NCBI RefSeq assembly: GCF_006345805.1
Contig: NC_043015.1
Location: 32,798,001 to 32,862,000, forward strand
Source: Octopus sinensis
Lineage: Eukaryota
DNA length: 64,000 nucleotides
Direction: 5' to 3'
This document shows, piece after piece, positions 39,736-52,822 of the stretch. The position numbers and the translations under genes were made by a program. Below the pieces are notes generated by a model that was given only the letters and a program-made list of their open reading frames with translations, was not told the DNA's origin and made no database searches. Positions within the stretch are counted from its first letter, which is position 1. Every line of letters begins with the position of its first letter.

Positions 39736-40869
39736 AATAATAATCATGATGATGATGACAGTAGGGCACCGAAGGGCGTTTAACATGTGAGAATGCAGAG
39801 TCATTGCTCCGAAAATTAGTCAATAACCTGGAATGAAAAAAAATTGACACGAAATGTTAAAAAGACAACTACGTGCGTAATACGCCTTAGAATTTATTAC
39901 TATTTATCACATAAAAATGACACTTTACAGAACCCAACGTTCTTACGCCCTGTGTAAACACGGTTATCGACGCATTGTCCACATCAAAACCGTCCGTATG
40001 CATTAACCACAAAAATATGCAAAATAATTCAAATAAAATCCGTATCATTCAGCCCAAGAAACACATTCTTTGAATTTGTTGCTCAAAGAGTAGAAAAGCA
40101 TCATGCGTGGAAAATTCAACAGCAAGAATAGAAACAAACTGGTATACGAGGAAAATGTCGATAATCTAATTAAAGAGTCGGACTTTAGTCTTCAAGTCTC
40201 GCAAATTAAAGAAAATGAAATGCTTAGACACGGTGAGGATAATCCGTTAAGATAGAACTAAGAACAGTAACATAAACGAAGTAAATAAGAAAACACCCCA
40301 AAATTAAACACTAGACCTGTACCATATTGACACACACAAACCTAACAAGAACTCTGCAAATAAAGGAACAAGTAAAAAATGAAATATGGAAACCAAAAAA
40401 TTAAAAGAGAAAATTATGAAAAGCAAAAGCGTCCCTTTGACACTCTAAAATTGAATGCAATTCTAGGATCAAGAACAACAGATCTTCGTATGGACAAACG
40501 AATGCACCTTCCAAAAATAAAACTCAACAGGTAAAAACAATGTCTATCGCAGACGTAACTGAAGCTGATACAAATATCAATATTAATAAGCTAAAAAGGC
40601 GGCGAGCTTGTTGAATTGTTTGCACGATTGACATAATGCATCGCTGCCTTTCACTCGCCCTCATGTTCCGAGTTCTGAATCAGAAAAAAACACAACTCAA
40701 TGTTTAAGTAATAAGACGAGAGTGCACTAATTAAAGAGGAATCTCTTTCTTGAATCTCTCCGGTAAAGTATACGATAGATATTTGGAAAAGAGATGTAGG
40801 GAAATTGTAGAAATTGTAGATGCAGGACAAATAGGCAGACATTCACTATACGGCAGATCTTCAAGGAAT

Positions 40870-41096
40870 CGTGGGAATATTGGTTTCAAATTTTGGTTCA
40901 CGGTCAGCAATTCCAGAGGAGTGGGGCAAGTCGATTACATCGATCCCAGTGTTCCACTGGTATTTATTTTATCCAACCCAAAAGGATGAATGGTGAAGTC
41001 GGCCTCGGCGGAATTTGAACTCAGAACATAAGAACGGACGAAATGCCGTTAAGTATTTCGCCCGTTGTGCTAACGATTCTACCAGTTCACCGCCTT
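40870..41096 (-). mobile_element. SINE family A (an inverted partial head lies at 40598-40680)
   Basis: Reverse complement of the family A blocks. Confidence 0.75.
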
Positions 41097-41099
41097 GAA

Positions 41100-41400
41100 T
41101 CGTGGGAGTATTGTCAAGAGATATGCGCTTGCTTTGTAGACTTCGAAAAGGTATATGACCGCGTATCGTGTGACATACTGTGGAAGGTTTTGCAGGACTC
41201 TGCGATTAATGGGCAACTTTTGGTTGAAGTCCCTATAACTTAGATATTGCGTTTGGGTAAATAGGGTTAATTCGAAACCTTCGACAGGGGTGAGTATTGT
41301 CACCTTTCCTTTCATAATTTCTATTGACTGGATTGACATGTGCAGCCGTTGTAGAAGTCTTATTAAACTCGATGGGTGTAAAATTGATCGTCTGTAATTT
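41100..41400 (+). mobile_element. RTE-like LINE reverse transcriptase fragment
   Basis: SWEYCQEICACFVDFEKVYDRVSCDILWKVL matches the RT F.D..KAFD motif region. Confidence 0.7.
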
Positions 41401-41834
41401 TCAGGCATGGTTCTACTCAAGTAAAGAAATCATTAATATTTCATGGGATTTTGTACATGTTTTTGATATTAGCTAAGAATTACGATTTTCTCACTTACAA
41501 TTACCGAAATATATAAATAAACAATAAATTAAATAGAGTGATACAAATGACAACCCAATAATTTATTTATATTACAATATGACACAATATACTATGACTA
41601 TAAAATAATATGATATAACATAATTATTTAATTCATTGTTTTTAATTTGCATTATAGCCATTATTTATGTGGTATTCAACCGACATACCAGTGAACTGGA
41701 TGGTTTACACACTCACCGAATCGTAGGATGAAACATCCCAAAAATAATAGATAGATCATATCAGAACGTTGTCAAGCAACGAATAATTAACTGAACTGAA
41801 TACTCTAATATTTTAAACTGAGCACATATAAATG

Positions 41835-41891
<57 letters not shown>

Positions 41892-42115
41892 GATCGATCG
41901 ATCGATCGATCGATCTATCTATCTATCCATATATATGTGTGGGAGTATATAGATGTGTGTGTTTGTGTGTATATATATATATAGAGAGAGAGGTAAAGAA
42001 AGAGGCATATGTGTGTATACACACATATATATACATATGTAAACACGCACACACGCACACACACACACACAAATATATACGTATACACATGTACAATCTG
42101 CTTACATATATATAT

Positions 42116-42150
<35 letters not shown>

Positions 42151-42205
42151 CATGTGTATGTACATGTGATGGGGGACAAACACAGACACAGGCACACACA
42201 CATAA

Positions 42206-42287
<82 letters not shown>

Positions 42288-42312
42288 TATATATATGTAT
42301 ACACACACACAC

Positions 42313-42353
<41 letters not shown>

Positions 42354-42356
42354 TAT

Positions 42357-42510
42357 ACGACGGGCTTCTTTCAGTTTCCGTCTACCAAATCCCCTCTATT
42401 TGGTCGGCCCGAGGATATAGTAGAAAACACTTACCCAATGTGCCACGCAGTAGAACTGAACCCGTGACCATGTGGTTGGGAAACAAGCTTCTTACCAAAC
42501 AATCACGCCA
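42357..42510 (-). mobile_element. SINE family B, 5' half
   Basis: GACGGGCTTCTTTCAGTTTCCGTCTACCAAATCC...GACCATGTGGTTGGGAAACAAGCTTCTTACC. Confidence 0.75.
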
Positions 42511-42543
42511 ATATATAAATATATATGTGCATTTGTGTGTGTT

Positions 42544-42575
<32 letters not shown>

Positions 42576-42854
42576 CACGCACACATACGTATGGACGTAT
42601 GTATATATGTGTGTGTGTGTGTAGATACAGGCATGGCTCTGGGGTTAAAATGTACATTTAGTAAGCATGTAGGTCTTGGTCCATTGCCACTGCACAGCTC
42701 TCTGTGTGTGTATGCATATGTGTATGCTTGTGGGTGTGTATGCGAGTGTGTGTAAGCGTGTATACGCAAACACACTCTCACACACACACATGTATATTTG
42801 CAAGCGTCTTTATTATTATTATTATTTTTTTTATTATTATTATTATTTTTTTTA

Positions 42855-42898
<44 letters not shown>

Positions 42899-43839
42899 GT
42901 ATATGTGTATGTGTATGTGTATGGGAGTTGTGAATCTGAATGTGTGTGTGTGTGTCTGTGCGCACGCGCGTGTGCAACGGAGGTGACTGGTGCCATGTTG
43001 TCGGTATTCCATTTAGTTTTATATGAAATGCAACATTTTGGCAATTCAACATGAAACAGCCACATTCTAACACCGCCGCCACCACCACCTCAAGCACCGT
43101 CACCAGTTATAACAACAACAACAACAACAACAATAACGATGACGACTATGACGACAGCACCAACAAAGAGCAGCAATAATATAATGAAGCTGAATATTTA
43201 TAATTTCCGTAATAACATTGATACCAAAATCAAAGAATAAACGAGAACGAAACAAAATGAACCTTACTACTACTGCTGCTCCCATTGCTGGCTCATCGTC
43301 GCCGTCTTCTTCTTCTTCTTCTTCTTGTACTACTACTACTACTACTACTACTACCGCCGCCGCCGCCACCATCCACCACAACGATCGCAATGTCAGCATG
43401 ATGATGATGATGATGATGATGACAATACAAATGATTTACTTTTTCTTTCATTTTAATTTTTATGCTTTTTTGCTGATATTTTACATTTCTTTTTATTTAT
43501 TTTCTTCGTTTCTTGTTTTCTTTTTTTTAATATTTATAATATATTTTGCTACAAGTGTGACGACTGTGAGGACAAATTACTGAAAACGTGGGGGTTTTAC
43601 TAAACGACATGAAAAGAGAAAGTAAAAAAATATACTACAACAGCACAAAACAAAAATTGAATGAAAGTCCCTATAGGGTGCAGGGAAACCCCCTGGGGTC
43701 AATCAATGAACCTTGTACAAGCCAAATTACCGTTCACACCGAGGGCAAGTTTCCTCAACTTGTTGTATCCATTGGCCGAATGATGAAAGTAAACCCATTC
43801 ACTTAGAGCATTCTCACATCACTCATTCATATTTTGATA

Positions 43840-44290
43840 TATTACTGAATAACAGCACTATTCTCTACTTTAGCTTCCTCTTCAGGAACTTTGATGAGGT
43901 TGAGGAGGGCTTTGCCAAAACGTAAGTGTTTTTCGCGTTCAGTGGTTTTAATCTTTTCCTTTTTTATCACGCGATCACCTTGGCCATAGCAACCAGGCTG
44001 TAAGAAACTGCATGCCATTCCCGGCTAAATTAAAGTACTAGAGCTGTCTTGGGGGTGGGTTCAGCTGGTAGCGAGATCCATCCCATGTGTGGCAACAGCT
44101 GATCGATGTAAGTTAGCAATGCTCAGATACAAAACAAAATTACCTGCAGAACGTTTCGTTGTTCTGCGGCGTCTCGGCCTGGAAAGGTCGACAGTTTATT
44201 CCAAAATGACATGTCCCCCTCCACCTTTTTAGCACAACTGAGCTAAGAATTTGGTGAGGGAGTTGTTTATGATAACCGAGCAATGGACTC
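43840..44290 (-). mobile_element. Older L1/Tx1-like LINE 3' fragment
   Basis: YIDQLLPHMGWISL, SLVAMAKVIA and GKALLNLIK..LKRKLK align with FVEQLLSHIGWIRL, YLVAIAKEVV and GRALIDFFKF..RRKV of the 37511-38915 element. Confidence 0.6.
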
Positions 44291-44372
44291 ATCATTTATT
44301 GCTAATCTACATTCAGGTTCTCCACACAAAAAAAATCACTCATCCCAATGGCCAACCTGTTTTAGAATAATA

Positions 44373-44756
44373 CTAGCAGTATCGCCCGGCGTTGCTCGGG
44401 TTTATAAGGGAAATAACTATAAAGCATTTTTAGAGAGTTATAGCCAAAAAATAGCAAAAAATGGAAAAAAAATTATGGTAAATTTTTTTTTGAGAGTTAA
44501 AAAGATCGAGTTGCGTCCCCTAGACAGTCTGTGGTTTGTGTTTCTGAATCTCGACCCCATGTCGAATTTATCGGTTTTTTCCAGAACTGGGGGAACTTTT
44601 CAAACTTTTCGCTGCGTTGGTTTTGAATTATGACATTGGGCTATGTGTGTGTCAAGTTTCATCAGAATCGGTTGAAAGCCGTGGCCAGGGTGAGAGTACA
44701 ACCTGACAGACACACAGACACACAGACAGACAAACTGCCGTTTATATATAGAGAGA
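44373..44756 (-). mobile_element. Non-autonomous Helitron
   Basis: On the minus strand it reads A|TC...CCCGAGCAACGCCGGG-CGATACTG-CTAG|T. The 3' end is near-identical to that of 22914-23311. Confidence 0.85.
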
Positions 44757-45049
44757 TAAGGATTGCCAATATCTAGGATTCACTGCCTGACAGGTAGAGA
44801 AGTGTGAGTGACAGACATAATTTCAGATGCCACCAGTTCTGAGGACTAAAAGTCGCTCCTTACTATGGGTATATCTCACCAAGAGATCTTGTCCGGATGG
44901 TAGATGCTAGTAAGGTTTACTTCATTGTTCTATCATACAAAACTGAATAGATATAATGAATGTATTAGTCTTCCGAGTCTGATGAAGACGGCTCTGCAAT
45001 TTCTTGCCGAAGAAGCTGCACATACAGTTTGTATATAGTGATCCAGTAT

Positions 45050-45240
45050 TCGTAGTGTACATTAGGTCCCTCACACTAGCATATCGGCCCTACTTGCACA
45101 GATGTAAGGTGTACCACACATCATATGTGGAAGTGATTGCAGAGCAATGCGAGATGAAATGCTTTGCTGAAGAACACAAAGTACCGCCGGTCCTGAGATC
45201 GAACCGACGACCTCGCAATCGTGATTGCAATACCTGTTAC
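45050..45240 (-). mobile_element. SINE family C, diverged
   Basis: Reverse complement has GGTTCGATCTC and GTGTTCTTCAGCAAAGCATTTCATCTCGCATTGCTCTGCAATCACTTC, matching 14824-15075. Confidence 0.55.
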
Positions 45241-46311
45241 CTGTAGTCTCATGCGCCCTCACTCATAGGAATGTACTGAATATAAATATAGATGCGGATG
45301 TTTTGATGAATACAATTTACGCGCACACGCAAACGCATGCATACCACGACCCCCCCCCCCACCACCACCACCACACACACAAACACACACACATATATAC
45401 ATAGTGGCACACATACTAAAACAATATCTTATATCTACATTATATATATAAAGATGTATCTAGATGTATACACAAATTATATATGCATATTTAGATATAC
45501 ATGTCGATAGATTGACAGACAGATATACAGACAGACAGGTAGATAGATAGGTACATACATACATACATATATACATTCATACAAACATACATACATACAT
45601 AATACATACATACATTACATACATACATAATACATACATACATATATACATACAACATACATACATACAAACATACATACATACATTACATACATACATA
45701 CATACATACATACTACATACATACATACATACCTACATACATACATACATAATACATACAAACAACATACATACATACATACATACATACATACATACAT
45801 ACATAATACATACATACATTCATACAAACATACATACATACTACATACATACATACATACATACGTACATACATACATACACATACATAATACATACATA
45901 CATACATACATATAAGAGGTGATATACATGCACGTATACGCACACGCATATCCACATTTACACATAAAGGCTGATATATACTTCGAAAAATTAGATACTA
46001 CTTATTTTCACACACTCAAACATGTACACACACAGGCATGGACGCTCACACACACACACACAAATATTTATATATGCACATATACTTATAAATACTTATA
46101 AAACACACTCATATAAATATAATATTTATAGGTGTGTATATATGTATATATATATACACACACGCTCACACACACACACACAAAATATTTATATATGCAC
46201 ATATACTTATAAATACTTATAAAACACTCATATATATATTATATTCATATGTGTGTATGTGTGTGTATATAAGTATATATAAATACACAAACACAAATAA
46301 TACACTACACG

Positions 46312-46352
<41 letters not shown>

Positions 46353-46825
46353 GTATGTATATGAGTCGCCACCAAAGTCGTGCTGTGTCTGACGTTTTCT
46401 TAGATAAGACTCCATTATTTACGCTACATTATTCTTCCTTTCTTTTTCCCTCTGCGAATAACTATCGCCTAGCAACAGTTTAACAAAAATACAGAAACAA
46501 TACAAACAACAACAACAACACCAGCAGCAACAGTAGCAGCAGCAGCATTGAGAGAGCAGCCGCGAAGAGCACCGCCACCACCGCCACCAACAACAATAAC
46601 AACAACAACAAGAACAAAAACAGAACGAAACCTCAAATTATGCATTTAGTTCGATAGTTTAATTAAGTAGATTCGCTGTTAGCCACCCGTATTACACCTG
46701 TAATCCACCAACCACCCACTGCGACACGCCATGATACTACCCAACCTACCACAGATCTTTTTTGTTTCCACCCTCATACCCCTTCCTCTTCAGCGACGGG
46801 TGGCGTCGAATCAGTAAAGCTTATA

Positions 46826-46859
<34 letters not shown>

Positions 46860-47097
46860 ACTGCAGCAACAACAGCGGCAGACGAAAAGACTGACATATT
46901 AAACTATAATAATGATTTATAAGTTTGGCACAAGCCACACATCCGAGAGGGAAAAGGAAGGGCTGTGCTGAACTGTGTATCACCCCAATATATAACTGGT
47001 ATCTATAACTGATGACTTATTCCACTGACACCTGCACGGTGAATGGATCAAAGGCAGTCTATCGCCCTTGGTAATAATGATAATTATAACAATAATG

Positions 47098-47175
<78 letters not shown>

Positions 47176-47177
<2 letters not shown>

Positions 47178-47330
47178 CATTCACTAGAACAACACTATGT
47201 ACAAAACCAAATATATGACACCCTAGGCATAACACCAACATGAACATCCAACTTGTTGTCTCTTGAGGTCTCTGGGTGAGACTTGGAGCCAACTTTTACA
47301 AATGAAAAGAAAAAGTCAAACATAGAATAA
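47176..47330 (+). mobile_element. Short 3' fragment of the R4/Dong-like family inside an (AAT)n array
   Basis: Same tail as 21241-21352, with (AAT)n on both sides. Confidence 0.8.
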
Positions 47331-47334
47331 CAAC

Positions 47335-47396
<62 letters not shown>

Positions 47397-47409
47397 TAAT
47401 AATAATAAT

Positions 47410-47628
47410 CCTTTCTAATATAGATACTAGAAGTTTAAAATCTTAAGGTATGAGAGGCTAACCGATTGCATCGGCCCCAGTATGCCATTAGCACTTATTT
47501 CATTGACCTCGAAAGAAAGAACGGTAAAGTCGAACGCGGGGTAGTTTCAATTCAGGACGTAAAGCCGGTAGAAATGTCACTAAGCATTTTGTCCGGCGTG
47601 CTAATGATTCTGCCAGCTCGCCGCCTTA
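47410..47628 (-). mobile_element. SINE family A
   Basis: Reverse complement of the family A head and body. Confidence 0.7.
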
Positions 47629-47676
47629 ATAATAACAAAGGCAACAACAACAACAACAACAACAACAATAATAACA

Positions 47677-47727
<51 letters not shown>

Positions 47728-48059
47728 TTGACGACGATGATGATGATGTCGACGACGACGACGACGACGATGATGATGATGATGATGATGATAAGGAATA
47801 CTGGGTAGATAGAATTTTTTAGTCACCTTGGTAACAACATGTTAGTGGCCAATGGCTTTACCCTCGGTGATGAAGGTGAACCACGAACCGGGAGCTAGCT
47901 TCCGAGTGATGGTCGGATGTGGATATGGAATCAACCGACGTCACCTCTCTCCTAGAAAGAGAATCATGGACATCATATGAAAGACAAGCGCCCATAGTCC
48001 CTAACTCTCAGAAATGAGAATGGGAATAGTCCCAGCTGATGGGTAGTAAGCGCTTTCAA

Positions 48060-48850
48060 TCAAGTGGTAAAAGAAAACTTAATCATCTGCCATTCAAGGA
48101 TTACAAAAGAGGCATAACTGGACAGTCTAGTCCAGTCTGTGTGTATTTTCTTAAATGATATTAAAATTGAGTTTGGACTTCCAAAATGTGCTGTGATGGG
48201 GATGAGACAAGGAAAACTTGTCGGAGAAGAAATTATATGCCAAGTGGCGAAATGATGAAGACAATTGAACCTGAATCTGGATGTAGATACCTGGAAATAC
48301 TTGAAGCAGATGGAATTAAGCATAATTATATGAAAGAAAAGACAAGGAAAGAGAATCTACGACGATTGAGAAGAATATTGGACTCGAAGCTGAATGCCAG
48401 AAGCAAAATTCCAGCAATAAACTCGGGCGCTGTCGCAGTGGTTCGATATGGCGCTGGAATTCTGAAGTGGACAGAGGATGAACTAAACGAGTTGGACAGG
48501 AAGACAAGAAAACTTCAAAACAATGCATGGAGCCCATCATCCACGAGCAGACACTGATCGCCGATACACGAAAAGAGCAAATGTAGAAAGTGAACTGATA
48601 AGTGAGGAAAACTGCGTCCATATCGGACTTGGAGCCTGCTGAGTAATCAATCCCAAAATAAGTTACAGAACTAGAATTACAGGATGGGACTTCTCCATAG
48701 AAACTGATCATGCTACTGAAGAAAGGCGACTAGATATGATTAAAAAGATCAAAAGAAACAGTGTAAAATCATTGGCTCCGAAAAACCATAAGGGTGGATT
48801 GCAAAAAATTGAAAAAAAGTTGAAATGTGATGATCTAGTCCGAGAATTGA
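48060..48850 (+). mobile_element. R4/Dong-like LINE RT thumb fragment (third subfamily)
   Basis: LNHL...DIKIEFGLPKC, CRYLEILEADGIKH, RLRRILDSKLNARSKIPAINSGAVAVVRYGAGILKWT..ELDRKTRKL. Confidence 0.8.
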
Positions 48851-50519
48851 AGAGATTCAGGAAGATTATGACAATAATTTAGCACACATTTTGCCAATTA
48901 AACACAGGCACTATATATTTGGTCTTTATTAGTATTATTTTAGTTTCTTTGTTAAAGTTCTTCTGGCACACATCCTGTAATGTCTTTAACGTGTCTCCTT
49001 TGGTTTTGCTTATTCCAGTTTGTCTTTCTCTGGTATGGATCCCTATCTGAATGTTTTCTTTATTACTGCAAACATTTCTATGGGATAACCGACAAAGCTG
49101 TAGGTGGAGATACGAAATGATACGAACAAAAGTGCATGAAAAGCAACAAATTGGTAAAAAGAAATGCCTCAGTGGATGAGGAACCATCTGGAGACTAATC
49201 AGAGAATCCTATTCATCTCCACAGTCACGGAACTACAGACTCATTCTGAGAACAGACTCATTCACCCAACCATTTTCTTCACTACTACCCACCTATCAGC
49301 AAAGAAAATGAACTCGTAAACCTCAACCTCCTCTCTAAATCAAATGATGATTCTGAGAAGCGCTTAGCAGAAGAGGAGCGTCTTTCTCCAGGTCTTTTAA
49401 TATTGTCCACCACACAACTACTTTTTGTCATAGCCACCAAACAAAGAAAAATTGCCTAGCTGTTCTTGTCAAAGTAAGGCAGCGGTGCGATAGACCTCAT
49501 GAACTCGGCTGCTAGCCGGGTATAGCCCACAAAATACAACAGCATTTCTTTATAATTCTCCAAGTCAACAATGCTCTGTCAGGGAGAAAGATTTCGTCGT
49601 TCTTTATACATTTCGAACAGACTTCATTTCTGTGCATATTTAGTAACCCTCCAGCATTCCTATTACTCTGTGAAATGTATGTTTCTTTTTTTAAATTCAC
49701 ATTTTTATGAATTAATAATTCATTATCTCACAGTTTCAAGATTTCAATGATGTGATTGTTCATTTTTAGAATGACATTGTTGGGTAGGAATGAGAGGTAA
49801 GATCTAATTGAATAAAACATTCGGAAAGAAGATACAAAGGCAGACAAGTATACCATAAGTCCCTTTCGAGCAGGGAAGAGGGTCATTATATATATATAAT
49901 ATATGTGTGTGTGTGTTGTGTGTGTGGTGTGTACCAGTATGTATGTAATTGTATAGTATGTATTATTCAGATGAGAAGTGAACACAGATGACGAGTGATA
50001 ACGTTTAGATTAGATAGATTCTACGCGAAACTTCGAATCCAAGAAGTTCTTGCTTGAAACTGAGTGCGTAAAGAGATGAATAATTCTAAAACCCATTCAC
50101 AGACGTGGTATGGAAATGAATTATTGTAGGATTCATTTGAATAAGATATAAATGGAAACAACATGCGAGAGGAATCCTTCGTCAATACAAATACTATATC
50201 AAACTCTTATGTGCAGACGATATACCATGCTATACCCCCTGCATTTCGGAGAGGGTCATCCACATCGTTTTTCCCGAACAGATTGAAACTTATAACACCT
50301 AAACGTTTTTTTCCATGACACGAATAACGCACATTCGAAAACACACACACACTCTACTCCACTCACCACACACACACCCATACATACACATATATATATA
50401 TATATACTATATATATATATATATAATATTATGTGTGTCAGAAACAAGGCATGTTGTGTCTTAATATATTAATTTCTATATTGTATCTACTTAATATAAA
50501 GTGATAAGAAATAGTACAC

Positions 50520-50572
<53 letters not shown>

Positions 50573-50962
50573 TATGTATATAAATATATATATATAAATT
50601 TACATATCTATATATATATATATATGTATGTATGTATGTATATAATAGTCTGTGTATGTGTGTGTATTCATATATGTATATCAGTATATAAATATATATG
50701 AGACGCGCACATGTGTGTGTGTGTGTGTACAAAAGTAGATGCTTCGGAAGCCATGCATGTTGTGACGCCGCTGGCACAATGGCGTCACATCACGCACGTT
50801 TTGCTTCAAATAGAGAGACTCAATCATATTTGATATGGCATCTCGACTTTTGTTCTTAATATCTCTTCATGTATAACAGTATACATCTGGTAATTACTAC
50901 CGCTCCTTGTCTCTCTCTCTCTTTCTCTCTTTCTCTCTTAATATGTATGTGTGCGTGTAAAG

Positions 50963-51035
<73 letters not shown>

Positions 51036-51135
51036 TGTGTGTGTGTGGTTTTGTGTGTGTGTATATATATTTACATGTATACATGTATATATGAATATTT
51101 GTATATTATAGATATGTTTGTTTGTAAATGTATTT

Positions 51136-51204
<69 letters not shown>

Positions 51205-51789
51205 GCCACACATATATACCTACATCCATTTATGCTTATGTATAGATACAGTGCGTAAAAAGTTAGGAATACAGGTAGATGTATATAGATACACTCAAAT
51301 ATAAACATACATACCAACGCACATCACACACACACACATACACACGCAAACACACAAACACACATCACACACATATGTTTGTATATATGTAAGTATGTAT
51401 GTACTATATACAACATAATGCGAAGCATGATTGAGATAATTTAATATTTAGTAAGCTTTAACTGAGATAGAAAATTATAAGAACGTTACCAGATTCCTTT
51501 AATTCCTTTCATTTCGTGGATAAAAAAGAAGAAAAAAAGATGGAGCACGTTATGCGATCGGTTTGAACGGCTCATCAGAGAAGACAGGCTCGATTTCTTT
51601 CCTCAAACGGTACCAGACCATATTTTGCAACTATATAACACAGCTACGAATTAAGCATCGTGGATAACTTAATACGCACAGATTTGGTTTAGATATCCAC
51701 CGTTAATTACACAATATATATTTTATGTACGATAGAGCTTCAGTCAGAAGCACTGAAATACTTTTTCGTCCTTTATTCTTTGTTTTTGT

Positions 51790-52432
51790 TTCAGTTAATT
51801 AGATTGTAGCCATTTTGGAGCACGGTTTTTGAAGAATTTGTAGCCGAATGAAACAACCCCGAGTCTTTTCTTAAGTCTGGTACTTATTCTAGCGACCTTT
51901 TTCTTTTTTTTACCGTACCGAATTGCTAAGTTACGTGGACATAAACATACCAACACCGGTTGTCAAGTGGTGGTGGAGAACACACACACACACACGCATA
52001 TATATATATATATAACAAAGAGAAAACACAACAACGCGAGGACGTGGAGAGCTCTTCGTCATAAACATAGGAAAAAGGAAAAGTCCAAGGAAAGGAAGAG
52101 GGAGAAAGAATATCGCCGACGATACACACGCGGTCACATATTGAAATGACCGCATAGGAATGGGTGAAGAAAAAGTTCTTTCAAAGACAGGAGAGTGCAA
52201 GAGAAGGAGGTATGTGTGTATGTGTGGGTATGTGCGTGCACGCAGATCTGTGTGGTGTGTTGTGTGTGCGTGTGTGGTTGTGGTTGTTTATACGACGGGC
52301 TTTTCACTTTCCGTCGACTAATCCAATCACAAGGCTTTTGTCGGACCAAGACCAAGGTGCCACGCAGTAGGACTCAACCCGGAACTATGTGGTTGGGAAG
52401 CAAACATGTTAACACACAGCAGCGCCTGCGCC
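51790..52432 (-). mobile_element. SINE family B split by a nested hammerhead element
   Basis: 3' module at about 51790-51980 and head at about 52290-52432, separated by microsatellites and the 52014-52132 insert. Confidence 0.65.
52014..52132 (-). mobile_element. Internally deleted hammerhead-carrying repeat nested inside a SINE
   Basis: Same ends as 27348-27545 but about 65 nt shorter, keeping only ATGACGAAGAGCTC of the ribozyme. Sits in the central microsatellite of the SINE at 51790-52432. Confidence 0.55.
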
Positions 52433-52624
52433 TACACACACAAACAAACACACACACACACACACACGCACACACACAAACACACATACACACATATTTA
52501 AGTTACAAAACGTATAGTAAATGCACAAACAAGCAGAAAGCAGACACAGAATGACAAATTAAATGTATATATATATATATACATATAAAATGATAGACAG
52601 ATATATCTATATCTATCTATGTAT

Positions 52625-52675
<51 letters not shown>

Positions 52676-52787
52676 ACTAAATTACATTACTTTATATAAA
52701 TACCACATTAAACCGTTACATAATGGAATGTTTTTAAGGAAATACAAATTTTTTGTAGGGGACATATAATTGGATATTGTGCTTTCC

Positions 52788-52822
<35 letters not shown>

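Noticed and set aside
44148-44175. GAAACGTT on the minus strand as a possible hammerhead
   Set aside because: It aligns with the ETVLH zinc-knuckle codons of the Tx1 remnant; no CUGANGA core.
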